Source: Candidatus Palauibacter sp. (lineage in GTDB: Bacteria > Gemmatimonadota > Gemmatimonadetes > Palauibacterales > Palauibacteraceae). Taken from it: 64,000 nt of DNA. Within the stretch, counting starts at the first letter, position 1. Each line of letters opens with the position of its first letter. Positions 17,189 to 26,597 of this stretch are shown here, one piece after another. Below the pieces are notes generated by a model. It was not told where the DNA came from. It saw only the letters and a list, made by a program, of their open reading frames with translations, and made no database searches. Location of the stretch: positions 2,637,389-2,701,388 of the forward strand of contig NZ_CBDBZT010000003.1 in NCBI RefSeq assembly GCF_965213655.1, read 5' to 3'. Both the position numbers and the translations under genes were made by a program.

Positions 17189-18562
17189 ATGTCCGCTTTC
17201 GCCGCCTACATCGACCGCGAACTCACCCGATTTCACGACGAGCTGGCGACCTTCCTCCGAATCCCCAGCATCAGCACAGACGCCGAGCACGCGGGCGACG
17301 TCCGCGCCTGCGCCGACTGGGTCGCCGGACACCTCAGGGCGGCGGGCGTCCCCGAGGCCGAGGTCATCCAGACCGGAGGGCACCCCATCGTTGTGGGCGA
17401 ACGGATCCACTCCGAAGACGCCCCCACCGTGCTCGTATACGGGCACTACGACGTGCAGCCCTCGGAGCCGGACGAACTGTGGACGAGCCCGCCGTTCGAG
17501 CCGGAGGTTCGCGACGGCCGCCTCTACGCGCGCGGATCGATCGACGACAAGGGACAGGTCCACATGCACATCAAGGCGCTCGAGACGCGGCTGGCGTCCG
17601 GGGCGGATGTGCCCGTGAATCTCAAGCTCGTCATCGAGGGCGAGGAGGAGGTGGGAAGCCGCCACCTGGCGGCGTTCCTCCACGAGCACGCCGAGCGGCT
17701 CGCCTGCGATGCGATCCTCGTCAGCGACACCGGGATGTTTTCTCCCGAGTTGCCGTGCATCACGACCGGCCTGCGCGGGATCGTCTATACCGAGATCAAC
17801 GTCTTCGGTCCCGCGTCGGACCTGCACTCCGGCACGTACGGTGGCGCGGTCGTGAACCCCGCCAACGCCCTGGCCGCCATCCTCGCCGGGCTCCGCGACG
17901 AGCACGGCCGGGCGACCGTGCCGGGGTACTACGACGCCGTCCGGCCCATCAGCGCCCGCGAACGGGCGGACCTCGAACGCCTGCCCATGGACGAAGAGAC
18001 GCTGCGGACGGGCGTCGGAGCGCCGGCCCTCGGAGGAGAAGCCGGGTTCTCGGCGCTGGAGCGCCTGTGGTATCGTCCCACGCTCGACGTCAACGGACTC
18101 CTCAGCGGATTCACCGGCGAAGGCTCGAAGACCGTCCTCCCCTCGCAGGCGATGGCGAAGGTGTCGATGCGGCTGGTTCCGGATCAGGACCCGGCACAGG
18201 TGATCGAGGCCTTCGAGGCCCGCGTGCGCGAGCTGGCGCCGGAGGGCGTGACCGTCGAGATCAAGCGCTCACACGGCGGCGCGCCGTGGGTGGCCGACAC
18301 CGGGCATCCCATCTTCGACGCCGCCTCCGCAGCGCTGGAGTCGGGTTTCGGCGCCCGGCCCGCCTACGTTCGAGAGGGCGGCTCGATCCCCATCGTCCAG
18401 GAATTCGAGGAGACCTTCGACGCGCCCGCGCTCCTCATCGGCTTCGCGCTCCCGGGATGCAACATGCACGCGCCGGACGAGTGGATCGATCTCGGCGTCT
18501 ACCGCAAGGGAATCGCGGCGCTCGCCGACCTGTACGGCCGGCTCGGCGACCATCTGCCCTGA
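17189..18562 (+). CDS. M20 family dipeptidase (Sapep/ArgE/DapE-like)
   Basis: YGHYDVQP, ARGSIDDKG, EGEEEVGS metal-binding motifs; SD before the ATG at 17189. Confidence 0.8.
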   Translation: MSAFAAYIDRELTRFHDELATFLRIPSISTDAEHAGDVRACADWVAGHLRAAGVPEAEVIQTGGHPIVVGERIHSEDAPTVLVYGHYDVQPSEPDELWTSPPFEPEVRDGRLYARGSIDDKGQVHMHIKALETRLASGADVPVNLKLVIEGEEEVGSRHLAAFLHEHAERLACDAILVSDTGMFSPELPCITTGLRGIVYTEINVFGPASDLHSGTYGGAVVNPANALAAILAGLRDEHGRATVPGYYDAVRPISARERADLERLPMDEETLRTGVGAPALGGEAGFSALERLWYRPTLDVNGLLSGFTGEGSKTVLPSQAMAKVSMRLVPDQDPAQVIEAFEARVRELAPEGVTVEIKRSHGGAPWVADTGHPIFDAASAALESGFGARPAYVREGGSIPIVQEFEETFDAPALLIGFALPGCNMHAPDEWIDLGVYRKGIAALADLYGRLGDHLP

Positions 18563-18577
18563 GCCGCCGCCGCGAGG

Positions 18578-19045
18578 TCAGGCGATAGGTACGATGTCGA
18601 GCTCCGTTGTGATGTCGATGCAGCCGGAAAGCGTACGGTAGACCGGACACTTCGGCGGATGGGCTTCGAACGCGCGCCGGATCGCATCGGCGTGTTCCTC
18701 GTCCGCCTGGAGACGATACCGGGCCCGGATCCGTCGGATCACGAGCACTCCGTCCTCCGTCTCGACCTCGCCCTCCACGTTCGCCACCAGCCGTCCCTCG
18801 TCTGCCTTTACGCCGCGCGCTTCCAGCGCGCCCCCGAAGGTTCCGGCCAGTCAGCCGCCGGTCGCGGCGATCACGTAGTCGAGTGTGGTGGCGATGTCCC
18901 GCTGATTGCGGACCCCGTAGTACGCGGCGATCGCGGAGTGGACACCGAAGTCGACCGGCGCGTCCGTGGCCGGGATCTCCGCCGTGCGGTACGGCCCCTT
19001 CTGCCGCACGATCTTCACATGCGAACGGTAGACGACGTCACTCAT
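18578..19045 (-). CDS. OsmC/Ohr-family peroxiredoxin-like protein with in-frame TGA (18851-18853) at the conserved peroxidatic-Cys position; candidate selenoprotein, or disrupted gene
   Basis: Upstream part ...DYVIAATGG-TGA-LAGTFGGAL... aligns to the AALGGC-L peroxidatic Cys motif; second conserved Cys in AHPPKCPVY is 68 residues downstream; downstream part has a GTG start only; ATGA coupling to the Nudix gene. Confidence 0.6.
18805..18840 (-). ncRNA. Candidate bacterial SECIS-like hairpin in the mRNA 3' of the in-frame UGA (cis element, not a separate gene)
   Basis: mRNA CCUU-CGGGG-GCGCGC-UGGAA-GCGCGC-GGCGU-AAGG beginning about 15 nt after the UGA; apical loop UGGAA about 30 nt from the UGA. 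Confidence 0.35.
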
Positions 19046-19731
19046 TGGCTGGTTCTCTCCATGAAGATGTCGAGGAAGTTCATGACGACCCGGTGCGTGA
19101 GCCCCCATATGGTGTCGCCCTCGTACAAGATGGAAGGCCAGATGTGCTCTCGGCCACCATCGGGGTAACGGACCTCGGAACGCCGGGCGGGGTCGCGCAG
19201 CGCCCCGAGCGGGGCCCAGATGTGGTACTGCACCTCGGCGTTCGTCGAAACCCTCACGTCCGCCTCGTGCCACGCAACGAAGGGCGAGATGAGGATCGAC
19301 GGGATCCGGCGCGTCACGGGGTGCAGGTCGTTGAGCCGCCCCAGGAACGCGCTGCGCGGGAGATCGAGCCCCACTTCCTCGCGCGTCTCGCGGCGCGCCG
19401 TCTCCAGGAGATCCGCATCGGCGGCGTCACGGTGTCCCCCGGGGAGCGCCATGTGGCCCGACCACGGGTCGCCCGGAACGTCCGCCCGCCGGACGAACAG
19501 GACCTCCAGTTCACCGCCGCGCGGACGGACAACGAGAGTTACGGCCGCGTGTCGCTCCGCCGCTCCCGGCTCGACGACGGTGTGGCCCGCCGCCGCCAGT
19601 CGGCGCGCGACCCAGCCGGCGCTCCAGTCCCCGTTCAGCGGGCCTTCTCCGCTTCGTCGAGCAGCCGCAAATAGCTCTCCAGCCGACGCCGTTCGATCGT
19701 CCCGCCCTCCACCGCTGCGACCACCGCGCAA
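19042..19731 (-). CDS. Nudix hydrolase (CoA pyrophosphatase NudL-like)
   Basis: Nudix box LPGGHRDAADADLLETARRETREEVGL; stop overlaps the OsmC ATG; start uncertain (TTG about 19731; overlaps the rsgA 3' end). Confidence 0.65.
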   Translation of the reverse strand: MRGGRSGGGRDDRTASAGELFAAARRSGEGPLNGDWSAGWVARRLAAAGHTVVEPGAAERHAAVTLVVRPRGGELEVLFVRRADVPGDPWSGHMALPGGHRDAADADLLETARRETREEVGLDLPRSAFLGRLNDLHPVTRRIPSILISPFVAWHEADVRVSTNAEVQYHIWAPLGALRDPARRSEVRYPDGGREHIWPSILYEGDTIWGLTHRVVMNFLDIFMERTSQ

Positions 19732-20550
19732 TCCGGCTCCACTCGATGGCGGCAATCCGCGAACCGACAGCCTTCGCCCGCCACGGCGATCTCGACGAAG
19801 CCCTCCGGAAGTTCGGCCGGATCGAGCCCCCACAGCGCCAGGTACTGGAGGCCCGGCGTGTCCGCGACGTAGCCGCCCGCCGGGTATCGATAGAGCGCCG
19901 ACGCCACCGTCGTGTGCCGCCCGCGTCCGCGCCGCTCGCTGATCTCGCCCACGCGCAAGTCGAGTTCCGGCACGAGCGCGTTCAACAGGCTCGACTTCCC
20001 CACGCCCGACTGGCCGCTGAGCACCGAAATCCGGCCCGCGAGGCGTTCGGCGAGCGCCTCCAGCCCTTCCCCCGACTCGATGCTCGTCCTCAGCGTCTCC
20101 ACGCCGAGCGTCGCGTAGTGTTCGAGATCGCTCCCGGCCGGCGCGGGGTCCGCGAGGTCCGTCTTGTTCACGACGAGGAAAGCGTCGATCCCGCTCAGCG
20201 CCGCCAGCGCGAGGAGGCGGTCCACCATGAGGAAATCGGGATCGGGCGCCGTCACCGAGACGACGACGGCGACCTGGTCCACATTCGCGACGATGACCTG
20301 CTCCCGCCGCTTGGAGACGCCGTGCCGGGACAGCGCGCCGCTTCGCGAACGGAGACGGACGATCCGCATCTCGTCGCCGACCCGTTCGAGTTCGACGAGA
20401 TCGCCGACCGAGACGATGCGTGAGTCCGTTCGCTTCAGGCGTCCACGCAGCGACGCCTGCACGACAGTCGTGGAATCGTCCACGTGATAGACCCCACCCG
20501 CGATCCGCAACACGCGGCCGACGGTAGCGGAGGGACCGCCGGAGGTCACG
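19635..20550 (-). CDS. rsgA: Ribosome small-subunit-dependent GTPase A
   Basis: VVNKTDL, SGQSGVGKSSLLNAL, C-terminal CRFADCRHRVEPDC zinc finger; GTG start. Confidence 0.85.
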
Positions 20551-20583
20551 CCGAGCCGCGGCTTCCGTCCGCAGTCGCCGGGC

Positions 20584-21081
20584 TCACGCGGAGGCGCCGT
20601 CGGCGTCCGTCCCGTCGCCCAGCTCCTCGAGGCAGTTCCACGCCAGCAGCGCGCACTTGATGCGGACCGGGAACTTCGAAACCCCCGCAAGCGTGCGCAG
20701 GTCGCCGAGGGTGTCGTCCGACAACAGCGCGCCATCGCCGTGCAGGAGGTGCGTGAACTTTACGGAGAGTTCCAGCGCCTCATCGAATGACTTCCCGAGC
20801 ACGCGTCCCGTGAGCATCGACGCCGACGCCTGGCTGATCGAGCACCCCCGGCCCAGGAAGCGCACCTCGGCGATGCTCCCTCCCTCCACGCGCAACATGA
20901 GTTCGATCACGTCGCCGCAGAGGGGGTTGTTCATCGTGATCACGTGCGTGGCCTCGTCCAGGCGCCCCTTGTTCCGCGGCTTCCGGTAGTGATCGAGGAT
21001 GACCTCCTGGTACAGCTGATTGAGCGAAGAAGGGATCTCCCGGTCGATGGTCCCGGGCGTCCCCGGACGAGATTCGGTCAT
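20584..21081 (-). CDS. sufU: SUF-system Fe-S cluster assembly scaffold (SufU/NifU-like)
   Basis: NPLCGD ... GCSISQAS ... KCALLAWN conserved Cys motifs. Confidence 0.85.
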   Translation of the reverse strand: MTESRPGTPGTIDREIPSSLNQLYQEVILDHYRKPRNKGRLDEATHVITMNNPLCGDVIELMLRVEGGSIAEVRFLGRGCSISQASASMLTGRVLGKSFDEALELSVKFTHLLHGDGALLSDDTLGDLRTLAGVSKFPVRIKCALLAWNCLEELGDGTDADGASA

Positions 21082-21085
21082 GGGC

Positions 21086-22426
21086 TCAGGCTATGCCGCC
21101 GAAGACTTCGGCGGCCATGGCAAGGCCATCGCACAGCGCGTCGATCTCCTCCGGCGAATTGTAGAAGTAGAAGCTCGCGCGGGCCGTGGCGCTGATCCCG
21201 TAGTGGTCCATCAGCGGCTGATTGCAGTGGTGCCCCGCCCGAATCGCGATGCCCCGCTGGTCGAGGATCGTGGAAAGGTCATGCGGATGTATGTCGCCGT
21301 ACGTGAAGGAGAAGACCGCGGTCCGCCCCTCGCGCGGGCCGTACAGGTGAAGCCCCTCGATCTCCCCGAGTCGGTTGAGGGCGGCGCTCTTCAGGGTGTT
21401 CTCATGCGACGCGATCGCCTCGGGCCCCAGGTCCGCGAGGAAGCGGGCGGCCTCGCCGAAGCCGACGACGCCCGAGATGTTGGGGGTCCCGGCCTCGAAC
21501 TTGTGCGGCACCTGCGCCCAGGAAGACCCCTCGAGCCTCACCTCCGAGATCATCTCGCCCCCGCCCTGGTACGGAGGCATCTCCGCCAGCAGCTCGCGTC
21601 TGGCCCACAATGCCCCGACCCCGGTCGGACCACACATCTTGTGGCTGCTGAACGCGTAGAAGTCGCACCCGATCCCGGCCACGTCGGTCAGCATGTGGGG
21701 CGCGGCCTGCGCTCCGTCGATGAGCGTCAACGCGCCGGCGGCGTGCGCCCGGTCCACGATCTCCCGGACCGGATTGAGGGTCCCGAGGCTGTTGGAGACG
21801 TGGGTGCACGCGACCAGCCGGGGTCGCTTCTCGAGGAGCCGGTCGAAGTCGTCCAGATCGAGGGTGCCCCCGGGGGTCACGTCGACGAAGTGGAGGTCGC
21901 ACCCGGTGCGGTCTGCGAGCAGTTGCCACGGCACGAGGTTCGAGTGGTGCTCCATCTTCGTGAGCACGATTCCGTCGCCCGCGCCGACGAACGCATCCCC
22001 CCAACTCGACGCGACGAGGTTCACCGCCTCCGTCGTGCCGCGCGTGAACACGATCTCTGCCGGGTCCGCCGTACCGGCATGCGCGGCCACGGAGCGCCGC
22101 GCGTCCTCGTAGGCCTCCGTCGCCTCCGCGCTGAGCTGATGCACGCCGCGGTGCACGTTGGCGTGCTGCTCGCGCAGATAGCGCTCGACCCGGTTCAGAA
22201 CCCGTAGCGGCTGCTGCGAGCTTGCGGCGTTGTCGAGATAGGCCAGAGGGTGGCCGTTGACCTCCCGCGAGAGGATGGGGAACTGGGCCCGGATCGCCTC
22301 GAGATCCCAGCGGCCCGCCTCCGCACCGTCGCCCGCTCCGGTATCGGCGTCGCCTCCGGAGGGACGGTTGGACGCGAGCACACCCGTCGCGCGCGTCGCC
22401 TCCGTCATCTCCGTCATCTCCGCCAT
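21086..22426 (-). CDS. sufS: Cysteine desulfurase SufS (class V aminotransferase)
   Basis: LDNAASSQ, PLP-lysine region SSHKMCGPTGVG, active-site RAGHHC. Confidence 0.9.
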   Translation of the reverse strand: MAEMTEMTEATRATGVLASNRPSGGDADTGAGDGAEAGRWDLEAIRAQFPILSREVNGHPLAYLDNAASSQQPLRVLNRVERYLREQHANVHRGVHQLSAEATEAYEDARRSVAAHAGTADPAEIVFTRGTTEAVNLVASSWGDAFVGAGDGIVLTKMEHHSNLVPWQLLADRTGCDLHFVDVTPGGTLDLDDFDRLLEKRPRLVACTHVSNSLGTLNPVREIVDRAHAAGALTLIDGAQAAPHMLTDVAGIGCDFYAFSSHKMCGPTGVGALWARRELLAEMPPYQGGGEMISEVRLEGSSWAQVPHKFEAGTPNISGVVGFGEAARFLADLGPEAIASHENTLKSAALNRLGEIEGLHLYGPREGRTAVFSFTYGDIHPHDLSTILDQRGIAIRAGHHCNQPLMDHYGISATARASFYFYNSPEEIDALCDGLAMAAEVFGGIA

Positions 22427-22454
22427 CGGGCTCCGGTCCTCGGCTGGGTCCGGC

Positions 22455-22766
22455 TCAGTCGAGGTCGACCTGGATGTCGTCCCCGTCGATCCGTACGTCG
22501 AAGCGCCGGACGGGCATGACCGCGGGTAGCGCCCGCGGCGCGCCGGTCGCGAGATCGAAGCGCGCCCCGTGCAGGAGACAGGTGACTTCCCCCGCCTCGA
22601 CCTCGCCATCGGAGAGCGGGAACTCCTCGTGCGAGCAGCAGTCCTCGAGCGCGTAGATCTCCCCTCCGCTCCGGATGAGTGCGATCGCCAGATCTCCGGC
22701 CATCACGCCGCACGTCCCGTTCTCCGGTACGTCGTCGACTCTGGCCACCGTGACGAATCGGCTCAT
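22455..22766 (-). CDS. Rieske [2Fe-2S] domain protein embedded in the suf operon
   Basis: CSHEE ... CLLHGARF = CxH-x17-CxxH. Confidence 0.8.
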   Translation of the reverse strand: MSRFVTVARVDDVPENGTCGVMAGDLAIALIRSGGEIYALEDCCSHEEFPLSDGEVEAGEVTCLLHGARFDLATGAPRALPAVMPVRRFDVRIDGDDIQVDLD

Positions 22767-24094
22767 AGCCCGATCTTCTCCTCGATCGCTTCGCGTACGC
22801 GTGCCCGCACGCCCTCCATGGGGAGGCGTCCCAGCACCTCATCGAAGAACCCGAACACGAGCAGGCGCTCGGCCTGCCGCCGCGTGAGGCCGCGGCTCAT
22901 CAGATAGAAGAGTTGTCCGTCCTCCACCTGTCCGATCGTCGCTCCGTGCGAGCAGCGCACATCGTCGGCCTCGATCTCCAGATTGGGAAGCGCCGAGGCG
23001 TGGGAGCCCGCGCTCAGGAGCAGGTTGCGGTTCGTCTGATAGGCGTCGGTGAGCTGGGCTCCCTTGTCGACCCGGATCAGCCCTCGGAAGACGCTCGAAC
23101 CCGCGTCCGTCAACGCGCCCTTGAACAGAAGGTCGCTGTGCGCGTGCGGGGCCGCGTGATGCTGCAGCGTGTGGTGGTCGAAGTGCTGGTTGGAATCGCC
23201 GAACCACAGCGCGAGCATCTCGCTGTCGCTCCCCGGGCCGTCGAGACGGCTCGTGACGTCCGCCCGCGAAAGGTCACCCCCCAGCGCGACGTTGAAGGTC
23301 ACGACGCGCGAGTCACGGCCCGCAGTCACGTGCTGCGTCGAGAACCGCTTCACGCCCCGGCCGAAGCGCTGCAGCGCGACGTACTCGATGCCGGCGCCGC
23401 CCTCGCCCGTGATCGTCGCGCCGTGAAGCGAGACCGTCTCCGCATCGAGGTCGTCGGAGAGGAACTCGTCGATGACCGCCGCCCGCGCCCCCGACTCGCC
23501 GTACACGAACGAGTGCGCCGAGGACAGCGTCCCCGCCCGCTCGACGATGTGAAACGCATGGATGGGCGCCGGCATCTGCACCCCGCGCGGCACGTGCAGG
23601 AAATAGCCCCCGCCCAGGATGGCGAGGTGCAGCGCCCACAGCTTCTCCTCGGCCGGTCCCGGCTGCGCCTCGAACAGCGCGCTCCGCAGCAACTCCGGAT
23701 GCCGGGCCGCGGCGTCCCGGATCGAGCACAGGACGACGCCGGTCCGCGCCACCTCGGGTTCGAGTTCGAGGTGCGCGATCCGTCCGTCCCGCAGCACGAC
23801 GACGCCGGCGCGTTCCCCGGAATGGCCGAGCACCTCGCGTACGTCCGCCGGCAGCGCTTCCACCGCGGCGGGCGTCGGGACCACCGGCGTGAGCGCCTCG
23901 AAGCCGATCTTCGTGAGGTCGGTGTAACGCCACTCTTCCGACTTCTTCGTCGGCCAGGGAAGGGCTGTGAACCGTTCCCATGCGGCGGCGCGAGCGCCCG
24001 CGAGCGTTTCCGGCTCCGTCAGCTCGCCGGAAAGCGTATCAAAATCCGTCGCGGCCAGCGTCGACTCCGCCGGCCCGGCCGTCAGCGTACTCAT
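22763..24094 (-). CDS. sufD: Fe-S cluster assembly protein SufD
   Basis: SufBD beta-helix family; position between sufB and sufS; 4-nt overlap with the Rieske gene. Confidence 0.85.
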   Translation of the reverse strand: MSTLTAGPAESTLAATDFDTLSGELTEPETLAGARAAAWERFTALPWPTKKSEEWRYTDLTKIGFEALTPVVPTPAAVEALPADVREVLGHSGERAGVVVLRDGRIAHLELEPEVARTGVVLCSIRDAAARHPELLRSALFEAQPGPAEEKLWALHLAILGGGYFLHVPRGVQMPAPIHAFHIVERAGTLSSAHSFVYGESGARAAVIDEFLSDDLDAETVSLHGATITGEGGAGIEYVALQRFGRGVKRFSTQHVTAGRDSRVVTFNVALGGDLSRADVTSRLDGPGSDSEMLALWFGDSNQHFDHHTLQHHAAPHAHSDLLFKGALTDAGSSVFRGLIRVDKGAQLTDAYQTNRNLLLSAGSHASALPNLEIEADDVRCSHGATIGQVEDGQLFYLMSRGLTRRQAERLLVFGFFDEVLGRLPMEGVRARVREAIEEKIGL

Positions 24095-24137
24095 ATCAGG
24101 AAGATTCCTCGTGGTCTGTGGCTGGGACTGCGGTTGG

Positions 24138-25553
24138 CTATCCGACCGACCCTTCCATCTCCAGTTCGATCAGCCGGTTCAGCTCGATCGCGTACTCGAG
24201 CGGCAACTCCTTGGCCACCGGCTCGATGAAGCCGCGCACGATCATCGCCATCGCCTCCGCCTCGTCGAGGCCGCGGCTCATCAGATAGAAGAGCTGTTCG
24301 TCGCCGACCTTGGAGACGGTGGCCTCGTGCCCGATCGACGCCGTGTTCTCATCGATCTCGATGTAGGGGTAGGTATCCGTGCGGGACTGCTCGTCGAGCA
24401 GCAGGGCGTCGCACTCGACGTTGGACTTCGCGCCCACGGCGCCGTCGTACACCTTGCACAGCCCACGGTACGATGAGCGCCCGAGCCCCCTCGAGATCGA
24501 CTTCGACGTGATCTGCGACGTCGTGTTGGGGGCGGCGTGGATCACCTTCCCGCCCGTGTCCTGGTGCTGTCCGTCACCAGCGTACGCGATGGAGAGGATC
24601 TCGCCGTGCGCCCGCTCTCCGACGAGGTAGCACGACGGATACTTCATCGTGAGCTTCGAGCCCAGATTCCCGTCGAGCCATTCCATCTTGGCCTCCTCGT
24701 GCACGAGCGCCCGCTGCGTGACGAGGTTGTACATGTTGTTCGACCAGTTCTGGATCGTCGTGTACCGGAAGCGCGCGCCCTTCTTGACCACGATCTCGAT
24801 CACACCGGAGTGGAAGGAGTCGGTCGAGTAGACCGGCGCCGTACAGCCCTCGATGTAGTGGGCTTCGGCCCCCTCTTCGCAGATGATGAGGGTGCGCTCG
24901 AACTGGCCCATCTTCTCGGCGTTCACCCGGAAGTAGGCCTGGAGCGGAATTTCTACTTTCACCCCTTTCGGGATGTAGACGAACGATCCGCCGGACCAGA
25001 CCGCGGAGTTCAGCGCCGCGAACTTGTTGTCGTGCGTGGGGACGATGGTCGAGAAGTACTGCCGGAACAGTTCGGGGTGCTTTGCGAGCCCGTCCTCGAT
25101 CGACTCGAAGATCACGCCCTGCTCCTCCCACTGCTCCTTCAGCGAGTGGTAAACCATCTCGGACTCGTACTGCGCCCCGACCCCGGCGAGCGCCTTACGC
25201 TCCGCTTCGGGAATCCCGAGCTTCTCGAACGTGTCCTTGATCTCCTGCGGGACGTCGTCCCAGGACCGCTCCATCTGATCCTGCGGCTTGAGATAGAAAT
25301 AGATCTCGTCGAGCGTGTCCTCGAGCCTCGACAGATCCCCGCCCCACTTCGGCATGGGCTTGGAGTAATAGACGTCGAGCGCCTTGAGTCGGAACTCGAG
25401 CATCCACTCCGGCTCTTCCTTGTGATGCGAGATCTGTCGGACGATGTCGCTGGAGAGGCCGGGGACGGCCTTGAAGACGGGCTTGTCCTCCGTGACGAAT
25501 CCGTACTTGTATTCGTCGAGTCCGAGTCCGGTGATCGTCTCGTTCTGGGGCAT
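24138..25553 (-). CDS. sufB: Fe-S cluster assembly protein SufB
   Basis: Highly conserved SufB sequence ([11 protein letters not shown] ... [27 protein letters not shown]). Confidence 0.95.
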   Translation of the reverse strand: MPQNETITGLGLDEYKYGFVTEDKPVFKAVPGLSSDIVRQISHHKEEPEWMLEFRLKALDVYYSKPMPKWGGDLSRLEDTLDEIYFYLKPQDQMERSWDDVPQEIKDTFEKLGIPEAERKALAGVGAQYESEMVYHSLKEQWEEQGVIFESIEDGLAKHPELFRQYFSTIVPTHDNKFAALNSAVWSGGSFVYIPKGVKVEIPLQAYFRVNAEKMGQFERTLIICEEGAEAHYIEGCTAPVYSTDSFHSGVIEIVVKKGARFRYTTIQNWSNNMYNLVTQRALVHEEAKMEWLDGNLGSKLTMKYPSCYLVGERAHGEILSIAYAGDGQHQDTGGKVIHAAPNTTSQITSKSISRGLGRSSYRGLCKVYDGAVGAKSNVECDALLLDEQSRTDTYPYIEIDENTASIGHEATVSKVGDEQLFYLMSRGLDEAEAMAMIVRGFIEPVAKELPLEYAIELNRLIELEMEGSVG

Positions 25554-25599
25554 GTCTCTTCCTTCCTTTACCGTCTCGGATACAGCCGAGGCTAAAGCG

Positions 25600-26373
25600 T
25601 CAGACCGCCGCCACCGCCCGGTGGAGCCAGTCGTAGCCCTCGGCCTCCAGCTTGTCGGCGAGCGAGGCGCCGCCGCTCTCGGCGATGCGGCCCGCCATCA
25701 TCACGTGTACTCGATCCGGCTGGATATAGTTCAGGATCCGCTTGTAGTGCGTGATGAGCAGGACCCCGAGCGCCTCGTCGGCTTCGGCGAGGCGGTTCAC
25801 GCCGTTGGCCACGACCTTGAGCGCGTCGATATCGAGTCCGCTGTCCGTCTCGTCCAGGACCCCGAGCGCCGGCCGAAGCACGGCCATCTGCAGGATCTCG
25901 TTCCGCTTCTTCTCGCCGCCGGAGAAGCCGTCGTTCACATACCGGGTGGCGAAGCCCGGATCCATCTTCAGCATCTCCATCTTCTCCATGAGCGTGCGCT
26001 GGAACCCGAACACGTCCATTTCCTCGCCCTCACCCAGCCGCGCGTTCACGGCGGTGCGCAGGAAATTGGCGATCGACACGCCCGGGATCTCGGCCGGATA
26101 CTGGAAGGCGAGAAAGATCCCCGCGCGGCTCCGCTCATCCGGCTCGAGTTCGAGGACATCCTCCCCCTCGAACAGGATCTCGCCGGCCGTCACCTCGTAG
26201 GCGGGGTGGCCGGCGATGACCTTGGCGAGCGTGCTCTTTCCCGAGCCGTTGGGTCCCATCAGCGCATGCACCTCGCCGCGCTCGACATCCAGATCGACGC
26301 CGCGGAGGATCTCCCCGTCCTCGCCTTCGACCCTCGCCCGGAGTCCGCGTATCGACAGAAGCGGTTCTGACAT
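25600..26373 (-). CDS. sufC: Fe-S cluster assembly ATPase SufC
   Basis: Walker [13 protein letters not shown] signature FSGGEKKR, Walker [13 protein letters not shown]. Confidence 0.95.
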   Translation of the reverse strand: MSEPLLSIRGLRARVEGEDGEILRGVDLDVERGEVHALMGPNGSGKSTLAKVIAGHPAYEVTAGEILFEGEDVLELEPDERSRAGIFLAFQYPAEIPGVSIANFLRTAVNARLGEGEEMDVFGFQRTLMEKMEMLKMDPGFATRYVNDGFSGGEKKRNEILQMAVLRPALGVLDETDSGLDIDALKVVANGVNRLAEADEALGVLLITHYKRILNYIQPDRVHVMMAGRIAESGGASLADKLEAEGYDWLHRAVAAV

Positions 26374-26450
26374 TCGTGTCCTCTTGCGTTGCAAAAGGCC
26401 GGTCACCCAGGGGCGCCGGCCTGGAAATACAGCGATCAATTCAAGCTGAA

Positions 26451-26467
26451 CCGACAACAGTTATCGG
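26451..26467. promoter_or_regulatory. Imperfect 17-bp palindrome CCGAnAACnGTTnTCGG in the divergent suf / ADH promoter region
   Basis: ccgacaacagttatcgg; 78 nt upstream of the sufC start; in a locally AT-richer stretch. Confidence 0.35.
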
Positions 26468-26507
26468 CGGGACAACGTACGCGGCGCAGGACCCCTTATC
26501 AAGCCTC

Positions 26508-26526
26508 GTTGAGACCCGTTCTCAAC
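26508..26526. promoter_or_regulatory. Perfect 7-bp inverted repeat GTTGAGA-N5-TCTCAAC in the same divergent region
   Basis: gttgagacccgttctcaac, 72 nt upstream of the ADH start. Confidence 0.35.
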
Positions 26527-26597
26527 TTTCCCGCCCGGCCGGGATGGGGCCGGCGGCTCCTGCACGCACCGCGGCACGCCCATAGGTTTGGCGCCCT

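Noticed and set aside
16811-18588. 364-aa minus-strand ORF and 530-aa plus-strand ORF overlapping dpaL and the M20 dipeptidase
   Set aside because: Compositional shadow ORFs. The 530-aa one is in a different frame from the M20 gene, which has the metal-binding motifs.
22414-22842. 142-aa ORF overlapping the Rieske gene
   Set aside because: Different frame; the Rieske frame has the CxH...CxxH motif and sits in the operon junctions.
21020-25595. Plus-strand ORFs (395, 438, 352 aa) across the suf operon
   Set aside because: The suf genes on the minus strand are highly conserved and unmistakable.
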